DNA of 64,000 bases from a bacterium (GTDB lineage Bacteria; UBA8248). Under the pieces are notes generated by a model. It saw nothing but the letters and a program-made list of their open reading frames with translations, had not been told where the DNA came from and made no database searches. The position numbers and the translations under genes are program-made. Positions 40,728 through 51,195 of this stretch are shown in pieces (positions within the stretch are counted from its first letter, which is position 1; every line of letters starts with the position of its first letter). The stretch spans positions 1,568,001-1,632,000 of the forward strand of contig OZ253442.1 of NCBI GenBank assembly GCA_965261085.1, in the 5' to 3' direction.

Positions 40728-43595
40728 ATGCAAAGAGCGTCCACGACGGAGCAGTTTTTTAATTCCGTGTTCGGCCAAGTATTGCGCGAAAAACACCCGC
40801 TTTGGAAAGAATCCATTGGTGTTGAGCAAACTCATGTCCTGCAAGGATCTGCGGGAAAACAGCCTGACCTGATACTTTCGCTTCCGGATACCTCTCCGGT
40901 GGCGATAGAGACGGAGTTCATGCCTGCCGCCACGGTTGAGGAGGACGCCGCTTCCCGCCTGGGTGAAAGTTTGGCGAGTGACGCTAGAACGATAGAAAAC
41001 GTCATTGCGCTTCGCATTCCGTCCGAACTGCGGACTGTAGATCAGGGTGGAATTGCAGACGCAATCAGGGAAGCGAATTTCACCTATTGTGTTCTTTCTG
41101 AAACAAAAATTGGGGACACTGAAAGATGGCCCGAGAAGGGCTGGCTGCAAGGAGGCATCGACGACGTGGCGAACTGCCTGGAATCGGTGAGCCTCTCCGA
41201 ATCCCTCATATCAAGAACTACGGACGTTCTTGAAGAGGGAGTTACCCAAGCAGCTAACATCTTGAAAACGGCGGATTTGAGCGTACACCAAAAAATCGCT
41301 GAGCATCTGCACCAGTCTTCAGGAGAGCAGACCAACCGCATGGCGGTCGCCATCATCGCCAACGCCGCCGTGTTTCATACGCGCATCGAGGGACGGCAGG
41401 GGATATCCCCGATTGGTGAATTGAGGGGCCCGACCGGGTTCATCAATATCGAAGTCATCGAATGTTGGCAGTGGATCATCGAAAACGTCAACTACTGGCC
41501 GATCTTCAAGATTGCGTCGGATTTACTGAGCAACATACCGACGGTGCAAGCGAATCGGGTGTTGAACCTGCTTTACAGGACGGCGTCCAAACTGGCGGAT
41601 ATGGGCGCTACGAGCCTGAACGATCTTTCCGGTCGCATGTTCCAGAAGCTCATAGCCGACAGGAAGTTCCTCGCAACTTTTTACACCCTGCCGGTGTCCG
41701 CCACCCTGCTTGCCGAGCTTGCCGCCTCAAGATTGCAAACAGACTGGCGAGACGCGGATGTGGTGAAGGACTTGAGAGTCGCTGATCTCGCTTGCGGAAC
41801 CGGAACCCTCATCGGCGCGCTCTACCACGCCATTTTGACCCGCCATCGCCGAATGGGGTGTGACGACGCGGCGATTCATTCCGCCATGATCGAGGAATCC
41901 CTTTACGCTTTCGACATCATGCCCGCCGCCACGCATCTTGCGGCATCCACATTGTCGAATGCTCACCCCGACATCGTCTTCGGGACCACCAGAATCGTTA
42001 CGATGCCCTACGGCTACGACAAGAACAAGCATCCGCACATCGGTTCGCTGGAACTCATTGACCACATCTACATAACGCCCCTTCTTAGCTTGGGCGAAAA
42101 GAGAATCGTTGGCCGTAGGAGCAAGAAGACGGATAAGAGACTCGGCGTTCCACCTTGGTTGTTTGATATCGTGATTATGAATCCACCCTTCACGCGCCCG
42201 ACCAACCACGAAACGGCGGAAGTTCCTGTTCCCTCCTTTGCCGGCTTCAACACTTCCGAAGATGAACAGAAAGCTATGAGTGCCCGGTTAAAACAAATAC
42301 GCAAAAGCCTCCCTCAACCCTTTGGGCACGGCAACGCCGGACTGGCGTCGAACTTCATCGATCTGGCGCACGTTAAGCTGAAACCGGGCGGCGTGCTGGC
42401 GTTGGTCTTGCCTGCGACCTTCGCCCAAGGCGAATCCTGGAGCAATGCGCGGAATATGTTGGCTGCTCGTTACCAGGACATTACTATCGCCTCCATCGCA
42501 AACGACGGGGCGACCAACCGGGCCTTTTCCGCTGATACCGGGATGGCGGAAGTGTTGGTTATCGCTACCAAGAAGATCGATGCGGACCGTAACCCCACAT
42601 TTCAGTTCGTCAATCTTAGGCGGCGTCCGGCGCATCACGTCGAGGCGGTCGAGTTGGCGAAGTTCGTCGCCGAACTGGATCGTCGACCGGGAGTCGGACG
42701 CATCGCCATCGGAAGTGAAGATAGTAACGGCAATTATATTAACGCCGAGCAATTCAGTTGTGGCTGTGCGGGCGTGGCGGAAGTTAATCTTGCCAGGTTC
42801 ATGCTGTCGCTTTCGGGTGGCGAGTTGTTGGCGATCAGAAGGAACGAAACAACGAAATTACCTGTTACGACGTTGAGTGAATTAGGGAATCGCGGCTTGC
42901 TTAGTCGCGACCTTGACGGACCGCCACCAAGGGGACCGTTCGACAAGGAATCGTTGCGACCGGGGCAAGTTCCAACCTACCCCACGCTTTGGAGCCACGA
43001 TGCGAGGCGTGAGCGGGCCTTTGTAGTTCATGTGGATTGCGAATTGCTGGCGCGAAGGGAATACGAAGAGCAAGCAGCCGACGTCTGGAAGCGCTTTGCG
43101 TCCCGCCTTCACCTGACAATTGATTTTCGGCTTAACTCGCAAAGTCTGGCGGCTTGTCTGACACCGGAAAAAGCCCTAGGCGGCAGGGCTTGGCCGAATT
43201 TCATCCTGGAGGAAGAGGGGCATGAGGGTGTTGTTATGCTGTGGCTGAACTCGACGCTTGGATTGATGAGTTATTGGTGGGGGGGAACCAGACAACAACT
43301 TGGCCGGGCAGTAGTGAAAATCACGGCTCTGCCATCGTTGTTGTCAATCGATCCTCGACAATTCGACAAGGCAATCCTCGCGAAAGCTGACATTTTGTTC
43401 GAGCGATTCCGCGACGTGGAGTTTCTACCCGCAAACGAGAGCTATCATGACCCCAACAGGAAGGCTCTCGATGAAACCTTGCTTGTCGAGTTGCTCGGTG
43501 TTCCAAAGGATATCGTGGACGACTTCGACGTCATACGACGGCAATGGTGCGCCGAGCCGAGCGTCCACGGTGGGAAAAGCACGAAGCCTTACTAA
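40728..43595 (+). CDS. Fused type IIG-like restriction-modification protein (nuclease-like N-terminus, gamma-class N6 MTase, TRD)
   Basis: PDLIL...VAIETE, FYT, DLACGTG and MNPPF. Confidence 0.8.
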   Translation: MQRASTTEQFFNSVFGQVLREKHPLWKESIGVEQTHVLQGSAGKQPDLILSLPDTSPVAIETEFMPAATVEEDAASRLGESLASDARTIENVIALRIPSELRTVDQGGIADAIREANFTYCVLSETKIGDTERWPEKGWLQGGIDDVANCLESVSLSESLISRTTDVLEEGVTQAANILKTADLSVHQKIAEHLHQSSGEQTNRMAVAIIANAAVFHTRIEGRQGISPIGELRGPTGFINIEVIECWQWIIENVNYWPIFKIASDLLSNIPTVQANRVLNLLYRTASKLADMGATSLNDLSGRMFQKLIADRKFLATFYTLPVSATLLAELAASRLQTDWRDADVVKDLRVADLACGTGTLIGALYHAILTRHRRMGCDDAAIHSAMIEESLYAFDIMPAATHLAASTLSNAHPDIVFGTTRIVTMPYGYDKNKHPHIGSLELIDHIYITPLLSLGEKRIVGRRSKKTDKRLGVPPWLFDIVIMNPPFTRPTNHETAEVPVPSFAGFNTSEDEQKAMSARLKQIRKSLPQPFGHGNAGLASNFIDLAHVKLKPGGVLALVLPATFAQGESWSNARNMLAARYQDITIASIANDGATNRAFSADTGMAEVLVIATKKIDADRNPTFQFVNLRRRPAHHVEAVELAKFVAELDRRPGVGRIAIGSEDSNGNYINAEQFSCGCAGVAEVNLARFMLSLSGGELLAIRRNETTKLPVTTLSELGNRGLLSRDLDGPPPRGPFDKESLRPGQVPTYPTLWSHDARRERAFVVHVDCELLARREYEEQAADVWKRFASRLHLTIDFRLNSQSLAACLTPEKALGGRAWPNFILEEEGHEGVVMLWLNSTLGLMSYWWGGTRQQLGRAVVKITALPSLLSIDPRQFDKAILAKADILFERFRDVEFLPANESYHDPNRKALDETLLVELLGVPKDIVDDFDVIRRQWCAEPSVHGGKSTKPY

Positions 43596-43636
43596 AGGCA
43601 AACCACGGGTGGCTCGCGAGCCGCCCCTACGGAATA

Positions 43637-44187
43637 TCTCCCTCTTCGGTCGGGAGGCTGCTTCTCCACGCAGCCTCACCCAGCATTTCCCCGCAATTGC
43701 CGTACACCCTGATATCCCGTACTTCGCTATCGTGCGCGCAGCGCGGAGGAGCAATTTCTTGCTTCCCGGTTTGGTCAATTCCTCCCGCCTTGGTCGGCAA
43801 ACGCTCGCTCCTCACTTGCGTTTGACCCTCCATCATCAGTCGGGATTGACGCGCAAAGGATAAGAGGCTTCCTCATGGAATCAGGCGTTAGGGTGAGAAT
43901 GAAGACGGCAATTCCTCGCTCGGTTTTGATCATCGTGAACCGGGGTGGCGCGCTCATGGACTTAAACGTAACGAGGATAATAAAAATAATCCAATTTCCT
44001 GTAAATATCGATAAATTAACGATGTTTTTCGATAAATACCTGAAAAGTGGGCGCGAGGAAATAACGTGATAATTAGTTATATTTCAGCTATTTATGGCGT
44101 TATATTCAAGCAGAAAACAAACATTTTATCGAATTAAAAAAAATTCTTCGTCCCCCGCATTTACCCGCACCTGCCCGCATTTGCGCA
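43637..44187 (+). repeat. RM-border element, copy B (small ORF 43875..44069, internal start at 43956)
   Basis: Highly similar reverse complement of 47008-47510. Confidence 0.85.
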
Positions 44188-44195
44188 AGTGGGAA

Positions 44196-45257
44196 TCATT
44201 GAGCGCCGCCGAGACAGGGAGATATCTCCCGGATAAAGCGATCGGCCACGGCGCGCCAGCAGTAAGACGCCGCACGCTCGATTCCGCGGCGGCCCAATTC
44301 ACCACGCAAGGCTTTGTTCCTCAGTAGATTGATGAGCGCATCGGCTAAAGATTCATCACTATCCAGCGGCAGCAGAATACCTGCATCACCCACTATCTCA
44401 GGCGCCGCCGCCACTTCGAGCGCCACCACGGGAAGGCCCACCGCCATCGCTTCCAAGAACGCGATGCCGAAGCCCTCCTGAAGCGAGGGCAGGCAGAAAA
44501 CATCCGCCCCCGCGTATTCATGGCGCACAGCTTCATCCTCGGGTACCTCGCCCAGGAGTGTCACGGCGTTCTCGATACCTAGGCTGCTCACCTGTTTTTC
44601 AAGGTTCTTCAAAGACGGTCCGCCCCCCACGATGCGCAACTTCGCATCGGGCACGGCCGCGAGCACCCTCGGCAAGGCCTGGATGAGGCTTTTGGTGTTC
44701 TTTCTGGGATATTGCCGCGCCACCGATAAAATGATTCGCCCCGATGGGTTCCTCATTTCGCGCACATGCTTCCAATCGGCAGAATGAATTCCGTTTCCCA
44801 CGACGCCGACTTTCTCGGCTGACAACCCATATGCCTCGCAGGCCACGCCCCGGCTGTATTCGCTGGTGACGATGACCCTGTCGGCGCGTTGCGCGTTGGC
44901 GCGCTCGAGATGGGAGAGCGCGCGTAGATACTGACGCGGCGCACCGCGTTCGAATCGCATTTCATCGGCCGATATCCCGTGCAGATACACGATGAAGGGG
45001 ACATTGATGTTCAAATCGAAACCGTCGATGTCGAAACCCACGATGAAGTCGAAATCATCGGGTGATATTCGATCCTTCAACTCCAGATTGTACAGGAGCC
45101 TTTGCAGTAGAAGGCTCGCTGCCCGCTCGTTCGGGCCGATGATCTCCACCATATGCCCGTTTGCTTCCAGCCCGCCCGCCAGGCCCATGATGGCAGCCGC
45201 CGTCCCTGAGCCTTTCGCTATATCGAGGGTCCAGGAGTTCAAAAAAGCGATTCGCAA
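44196..45257 (-). CDS. Glycosyltransferase family 4 (GT-B)
   Basis: PSLQEGFGIAFLEAMAVGLPVV; TTG start with GGAGG RBS. Confidence 0.92.
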   Translation of the reverse strand: MRIAFLNSWTLDIAKGSGTAAAIMGLAGGLEANGHMVEIIGPNERAASLLLQRLLYNLELKDRISPDDFDFIVGFDIDGFDLNINVPFIVYLHGISADEMRFERGAPRQYLRALSHLERANAQRADRVIVTSEYSRGVACEAYGLSAEKVGVVGNGIHSADWKHVREMRNPSGRIILSVARQYPRKNTKSLIQALPRVLAAVPDAKLRIVGGGPSLKNLEKQVSSLGIENAVTLLGEVPEDEAVRHEYAGADVFCLPSLQEGFGIAFLEAMAVGLPVVALEVAAAPEIVGDAGILLPLDSDESLADALINLLRNKALRGELGRRGIERAASYCWRAVADRFIREISPCLGGAQ

Positions 45258-45272
45258 ACCTCCCCTCCCCTC

Positions 45273-45305
45273 AAAATAAAAGAGGGCGTAATTTCACGCC
45301 CTCTT
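45273..45305 (-). terminator. Putative terminator after the PCD gene
   Basis: AAGAGGGCGT...ACGCCCTCTT hairpin with a U-rich tail on the minus strand. Confidence 0.55.
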
Positions 45306-45334
45306 CGTGGGTCCTCACAATAAGGATGCTCTCC

Positions 45335-45667
45335 TTATAAGGCCTGATCCGATTTGGCCGCGAAGACGAAATCGCTCTCAGTCAATCCGTCTATCTTGTG
45401 CGTCCACACCGTGACCTTCACCTTCCCCCACGCCAGATAGATATCGGGGTGATGGCCCTGCTCCTCGGCCATCTCACCCACGCGGTTCGTGAAATCAAGC
45501 GCCGTCTGAAAATCGGGAAAGCTGTATTCTTTTTCCAGATGGTGCTCATCCACCACGCGCCAATCACCACCCAACTGTTCTTGCAAGGCGGAGAGAGCCT
45601 CTCCCTGAAGCGGGGGCACGCCACCTTTGCACGGCACACACTCTTTGGCCGCAAGCTCGATGCTCAT
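45335..45667 (-). CDS. Pterin-4-alpha-carbinolamine dehydratase
   Basis: CVPC, GHHPDI and WTHKIDGLTESDF. Confidence 0.93.
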   Translation of the reverse strand: MSIELAAKECVPCKGGVPPLQGEALSALQEQLGGDWRVVDEHHLEKEYSFPDFQTALDFTNRVGEMAEEQGHHPDIYLAWGKVKVTVWTHKIDGLTESDFVFAAKSDQAL

Positions 45668-45767
45668 GGTTTTTTTGCTCCTCTATATTAATGATGAAAT
45701 AACCTGTTGACTCGCCTCGAAAGAACGCTTCATCATCGCGTCTTTCACAAAAAGCCGCAAGACCGTG

Positions 45768-46913
45768 TCATGCGCTCTTGAGTGTGGGCATCACGTCCTG
45801 TGCGAACTTTTCCATGCTGGAGGCAGCTTTCTCCACGCTCAAATTTCCGAAATGAAAGTAAATCACCATACCGCCGAAGCCCATTTGTTCTTTTTGCGTT
45901 ATCAGTTCATCACGCACTTCATCGGCGGTCCCTATGGCCGCCATGCCGTCATTCATGAGTTGCGCAGGGGTTCTCGCTTCCTCCCCGAGCAATCCCAAGG
46001 GTTTCCCCCGCGCAACTTCGGTTTCAGGGTTTGAAGGTTTGGGAGCAGGCAAACTGCCCGGAAAACGGCGTTTGAGTTCCGCCAGAATCTCCGGCTGCGC
46101 GCCGTAGAGATTTCGCCAGTAATACGAGAGCGCAGGCCCCGCCTCATCAAATGCCTGGGAGCGCGAATCCGCCACGTAAACCTGATGTTCGAGCCATACG
46201 TGCTCCGCTCCCGCCTCCCAGCCATGAGCGCGGCAGCGCTCGCGGTAATATGCCGCTTTTTTGAGCAAATCGTTGAAGGGCCTGTGGCTCAGCACCACGG
46301 GTGTTCTCATCCTGGCGCCCCAGTCGAGCGAGGCCTCGGAATCCGCCGGAAAGAGGATCGGTGGATGAGGCTGCTGCCAGGGCCGCGTCCAGAGCTGGCA
46401 GCGCGGGTAGTGGAAATACTCTCCCTCCCAATCAAAGGGATCAGGCTCGCTCCAGGCCTTGAGAATGAATTCCCACGCCTCCTGAAAACGCCCGCGGCTC
46501 TCGGCCGGATCCACGTTGTAGGCCAGATATTCCCTGTGCGCGCCGCGCAGGAAACCGGCTACGATGCGTCCGCCGCTCAGCACGTCGAGCGCCGCAATCT
46601 CCTCCGCCACGCGCAGCGGCTGGGGATAGAGCGGCAGGCAATAGCCGAGTATCGCGATTTTGGCCCGCCTCGTCCTCGCGGCGATGTGGCCCGCATAGAC
46701 GCCCGGCGTGGGCATCGAGCCGAAGTGCGTGCCGTGGTGCTCATTGAGGCCGATGCCGTCGAGCCCCGCCGCCTCCACGCGTTCCCAGAAGCGAAAATGC
46801 GCTTCCCAGAGCGCGTGGGCCTTCTCGGCGTCGAACTCCGACGCATCGTGCGGATAGCGCGTCTTGCCCTTCAGATACGGCCAGGGAATGGTGTCGAACG
46901 AATAGATTTCCAG
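45768..46913 (-). CDS. LLM-class flavin-dependent oxidoreductase (apparent CTG start)
   Basis: NEHH, PLRVAEEIAALDVLSGGR and QQPHPP; GAGGAGG lies 7 nt before the CTG. Confidence 0.88.
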   Translation of the reverse strand: MEIYSFDTIPWPYLKGKTRYPHDASEFDAEKAHALWEAHFRFWERVEAAGLDGIGLNEHHGTHFGSMPTPGVYAGHIAARTRRAKIAILGYCLPLYPQPLRVAEEIAALDVLSGGRIVAGFLRGAHREYLAYNVDPAESRGRFQEAWEFILKAWSEPDPFDWEGEYFHYPRCQLWTRPWQQPHPPILFPADSEASLDWGARMRTPVVLSHRPFNDLLKKAAYYRERCRAHGWEAGAEHVWLEHQVYVADSRSQAFDEAGPALSYYWRNLYGAQPEILAELKRRFPGSLPAPKPSNPETEVARGKPLGLLGEEARTPAQLMNDGMAAIGTADEVRDELITQKEQMGFGGMVIYFHFGNLSVEKAASSMEKFAQDVMPTLKSA

Positions 46914-47007
46914 GAAACCGCCTCCTCGCCGAATGCAATGCCCGTTCACCTTCTTGTAACACCCTTTCACGCCGCTGCAAACGGAGGCGGGCCTTACGTC
47001 AAGCGCG

Positions 47008-47510
47008 TGCGCAAATGCGGGCAGGTGCGGGGAAATGCGGGGGTCGAAGAATTTTTTTTAATTCGATAAATTTCGATAAAATGTTTGTTTTCTGCTTGAA
47101 TATAACGCCATAAATAGCTGAAATATAACTAATTATCACGTTATTTCCTCGCGCCCACTTTTCAGGTATTTATCGAAAAACCTCGTGAATTTATCGATAT
47201 TTTCAGGAAATTGGATTATTTTTATTTTCCTCGTCACTCCTGAGACCATGAGCGCGCCTCCCCGGTTCACGGTGAGCAAAACCGAGCGAGAAATTGCCGT
47301 CATTACTCTTGTCCCATCGCCTGATTCCATGAACACGCCTCCTTTCCCACAGTAAATTCCGACACGCCCAGAAGGTGGGGCGATAACGGGAATTGTTTTC
47401 CCGCGTCGCGCGCACGATAGCGAAGTACGGGGTTTCAGGGAGTACGGCAAATGCGGGGAAGTGCGGGGTGAGGCTGCGTGGAGAAGCAGCCTCCCGACCG
47501 AAGAGGGAGA
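47008..47510 (-). repeat. RM-border element, copy C (small ORF 47136..47330, internal start at 47249)
   Basis: Inverted relative to copy B; same decamer arrays and core. Confidence 0.85.
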
Positions 47511-47865
47511 GTGCGAGATCATCCACCGGTGAGGCTGGCATTTTAGGCGAAGGGGGAGGGAGTGTTTGCGCTTCTCCTCCTCGGGAGGCCCGACGGAAAG
47601 ACGAAAGAGGAAAAATACTCCCCCCTTGAGGGTCAAGCCCGATTGAAGAATGAGGGATTGTCAGCAAGACAAGGGCGAAGCCCGCAGTCGCGCTGGTGGG
47701 GGGTCAATCGTGACCGATGAGAGAGGGTTTCGTTTTTGTAGGGGCGGACCTGCGTGTCCGCCCGCGCGGTTCGCCGGTCGAGAAAGCCCGCTATTTGATC
47801 CTCACGCAAAAAGCCGATGCCGCTCCGCCCTTGCGCATCCCCGCCCAATCGGCGAAAAGATAGCC

Positions 47866-50800
47866 ATGAGCGCAACGAACCGGAACTTGACGGCGGCAGT
47901 GGAGGGCTACTTCTCCGATCTCGCGCGCACGCGCGCATCAGGCGGGGCGACGGGAGAACTTTCATACCATACCCCGCTTGCGAACCTGCTGAACGCCGTC
48001 GGAGGCGCGCTCAAGCCCAAGGCGTTCTGCGTCCCCGAGCTTGCGGATCAGGGTGATGGTCGACCCGATTTCGGCCTATTTGCAGCGAGGCAGATACAAA
48101 AGAGCAAGCCGCGCGAGGGCCAGACGCCAGAGCGCGGCGTGGTGGAGGTGAAGTCCGCAGAAGACGACGCCTGGCTCACGGCGGAGGGTGAGCAGGTGAG
48201 CCGCTACTGGAACCGCTACCGGCTCGTACTGGTCACGAACACGCGTGATTTCGCCCTCGTGGGAGAGCGGGCGGGCCGACCGATCATGCTGGAGAGATTC
48301 AGGCTCGCCGAAAGTATGGAGGATTTCGAGCGGCGTCTGGAAAGACCCCGCGTCTTCGCCCGCAGCATGGGAGCCGGACTGGCCGAATACTTGACCCGCG
48401 CGCTATCGCATCAGGCGGCCATCGCGGAACCCAAGGATTTGGCGTGGCTTTTGGCGTCCTATGCGCGCGACGGCCTCTCACGCGTCGAGCGCATCGACGC
48501 AAGCGGCGACGCGCTGGCGGCGTTGCGAGGCGCTTTGGAAGAAGGCCTCGGCGTGCGCTTCGAGGGCGAGCGGGGACTTAGCTTTTTCCATTCGACGCTG
48601 GTGCAGACGCTCTTCTACGGCGTGTTTTCCGCATGGGTGCTCTGGGCGAGACAATTGCCGTCGCCTGCTGGCCCGTTCAACTGGCATGAGGCCGTCTGGC
48701 ATCTGCGCGCGCCGGTGATGCGTAGTCTCTTCCAGCAGATTTCTGACCCTGGCCGCCTTCGCTCCCTGAATCTGGTCGAGGTGCTGGACTGGACGGCCGC
48801 CGCGCTGGATCGCGTGGATAGAGAAGCCTTCTTCGCCCGCTTCGCCGAGGGCGAGGCGGTGCCTTATTTCTACGAACCCTTCCTCGAAGCGTTCGACCCC
48901 GCCTTGAGAAAACAACTCGGCGTCTGGTACACGCCGAACGAAGTCGTGCGCTATATGGTCGCCCGCGTGGACAAGGCGCTAAAAGACGACCTCGGCATCG
49001 CGGACGGCCTGGCGGCGGATAACGTCTATGTCTTGGACCCCTGCTGCGGCACGGGGGCCTACTTGGCCGAAGTGCTGAAGCGCATCGCCCAGAATCTTGA
49101 GACCCAGGGCGTGGGCGCGCTCGCGGGCGCGCGGGTAAAGGAAGCGGCGCTCAATCGTGTGTTCGGCTTCGAGATCATGCCCGCTCCTTTCGTCGTTTCG
49201 AATTTACAGGTCGACCTCACAATGCGGGAACTCGGCGCGCCGCTTGCGGAGGAGGAGCGGGCGGGCGTTTTTCTCACCAACGCGCTCACGGGCTGGGAAC
49301 CCAAAGCGAACAAGCCGCTCCCATTTCCCGAGCTGGAAGAAGAGCGCGACCGCGCGGAGAGGGTGAAGCAGGAAACACCGGTTCTCGTGATTCTCGGCAA
49401 CCCGCCCTACAACGGCTTGTCCGGCTTCGACATGGATGAGGAACAGGAACTCATGGTCGCCTACCGAAAGACAAAGCGCGTCCGAAAGCCAGCAGGCAAA
49501 GGACTGAACGACCTCTACTTGCGTTTTTTCCGCATGGCGGAGCGGCGCATCGTTGAGAAGACGGGCCGGGGTGTGGTGTGCTTCATCTCTAACTACTCAT
49601 GGCTCGATGGGTTGACGTCTGCGGGGATGCGGGAGCACTACCTACATGCGTTCGACGCAATCCGCATCGACTGCCTGAACGGGGATATTCGTAGTGGCGG
49701 AAAGACGCCTGATGGAGAGCCAGACGGAAGTGTTTTTACGACGGACAGCGCGGTGGGCATCAAAGTCGGCACTGCAGTCGCGACGCTGGTACGCAAAGAA
49801 GATCACGCTCCAACAGAACGGATCGACTTTCGCCATCTGTGGGGAGGGGCAAAGTTCAAGCGAGAGAAACTTCTGGCGACAGCGGAAGCCAAGCCTGGCA
49901 CGCTCTATAAAAGTGTTGAGCCTGTACTTCCCCTCGGCCTTCCTTTTGTGCCAGTGAGGGTAAGCGAGGACTGGTTCGACTGGCCCGCCCTGCCCGATCT
50001 GTTTTCTACTTCGTTTCCAGGAGTCGTAACCAATCGCGACCCTTTTCTCGTGGATATCGATCTTGACCGGCTTCAAGCGCGTATCGCCGACTATTTCAAC
50101 CCAAGTTTGAGCCACGAGGAGATCGCCCGTCGCTATCCAATCATTATGAATACAGCGCGACATTTTGATGCTCACTCAACGCGCGATGCGTTACTTAAAC
50201 GCGGCGGACCGAACGAGAGCGGCTTCATCCGCTACTCCTACCGTCCCTTCGACAATCGCTGGCTCTATTGGGAAGCCATCGGAACGCTACTTCATCGCCC
50301 GCGTGCAGACTACATGCTCCACCTGTTTGAGGGAAATATGTGGCTATCCGCAGCACCTCACCTGAGGAAAGATGTGACGGAACCACAAGCCTGTTTCGCC
50401 CAACATGCCGCTTCGCTGCACTTGATTGAACGCGGGACGGACATGTTCCCAGCTTGGCTCCGCGATGAGGACGATAAGGTCAAAAAAGAAAAGCGTCGCC
50501 CTAACCTCTCCGAAGCGGCGCAAGGCTACTTGAAACGCATCGGCGCAAACGTGGAGGATTTGTTCCACCATGTTCTCGCCACGCTGCACGACCCCGCCTA
50601 CCGGGCGGCCAACGCGGGCGCGCTCAGAATGGAATGGCCGCGCATTCCCCTTCCGGGCAGGGCGAAAGACGCTGCGGAAATTTTAGCCGAATCCGCCGCG
50701 CGTGGCCGCGAACTCGCCCGCCTGCTGGATACGGACGCGCCCGTTCCAGGCGTAACGCAGGCTCCTTTGAGATCAGAGATGGCCGCCATCGCCGTTCCCG

Positions 50801-51195
50801 CCACGGCGAGGGGAGGCCAGATGATGAGCGATGATTTCGCCGTAACGGCGGGCTGGGGGCATTACGGAGCGGGCGAGGCCGTGATGCCGGGTTCTGGCCG
50901 CGCCGTCGAGCGGGCCTATACGGAAGAGGAACGCGCCGCCCTGGGCGATGCTCGGTCTGTGCTCGGCGAGACGGCTTTCGATGTTTATCTAAACGATCGC
51001 GCCTTGTGGCGATGCGTCCCCGCCGCCGTCTGGCGGTATAAGCTAGGCGGCTATCAGGTCTTGAAGAAGTGGCTCTCCTACCGCGAACAGGCCATCCTCA
51101 AACGCTCCTTGAAGCCTGAGGAAGTCCAGCACTTCACCGACACGGCGAGACGCATCGCGGGGATTTTGATGCTGACGAAAGGGACGCATCCGTAA
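47866..51195 (+). CDS. Fused restriction-modification enzyme (PD-(D/E)xK nuclease, N6 MTase, type ISP-like C-terminal specificity domain)
   Basis: RPDFG...VEVK, GVWYTP, LDPCCGTG, GNPPY, YRPFD, EWPRIP and GGYQVLKKWLSYR; no helicase motifs seen. Confidence 0.85.
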   Translation: MSATNRNLTAAVEGYFSDLARTRASGGATGELSYHTPLANLLNAVGGALKPKAFCVPELADQGDGRPDFGLFAARQIQKSKPREGQTPERGVVEVKSAEDDAWLTAEGEQVSRYWNRYRLVLVTNTRDFALVGERAGRPIMLERFRLAESMEDFERRLERPRVFARSMGAGLAEYLTRALSHQAAIAEPKDLAWLLASYARDGLSRVERIDASGDALAALRGALEEGLGVRFEGERGLSFFHSTLVQTLFYGVFSAWVLWARQLPSPAGPFNWHEAVWHLRAPVMRSLFQQISDPGRLRSLNLVEVLDWTAAALDRVDREAFFARFAEGEAVPYFYEPFLEAFDPALRKQLGVWYTPNEVVRYMVARVDKALKDDLGIADGLAADNVYVLDPCCGTGAYLAEVLKRIAQNLETQGVGALAGARVKEAALNRVFGFEIMPAPFVVSNLQVDLTMRELGAPLAEEERAGVFLTNALTGWEPKANKPLPFPELEEERDRAERVKQETPVLVILGNPPYNGLSGFDMDEEQELMVAYRKTKRVRKPAGKGLNDLYLRFFRMAERRIVEKTGRGVVCFISNYSWLDGLTSAGMREHYLHAFDAIRIDCLNGDIRSGGKTPDGEPDGSVFTTDSAVGIKVGTAVATLVRKEDHAPTERIDFRHLWGGAKFKREKLLATAEAKPGTLYKSVEPVLPLGLPFVPVRVSEDWFDWPALPDLFSTSFPGVVTNRDPFLVDIDLDRLQARIADYFNPSLSHEEIARRYPIIMNTARHFDAHSTRDALLKRGGPNESGFIRYSYRPFDNRWLYWEAIGTLLHRPRADYMLHLFEGNMWLSAAPHLRKDVTEPQACFAQHAASLHLIERGTDMFPAWLRDEDDKVKKEKRRPNLSEAAQGYLKRIGANVEDLFHHVLATLHDPAYRAANAGALRMEWPRIPLPGRAKDAAEILAESAARGRELARLLDTDAPVPGVTQAPLRSEMAAIAVPATARGGQMMSDDFAVTAGWGHYGAGEAVMPGSGRAVERAYTEEERAALGDARSVLGETAFDVYLNDRALWRCVPAAVWRYKLGGYQVLKKWLSYREQAILKRSLKPEEVQHFTDTARRIAGILMLTKGTHP

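Noticed and set aside
29764-51195. Integron or prophage as the carrier of the RM genes
   Set aside because: No integrase, convincing attC array, tRNA att site or phage genes were seen.
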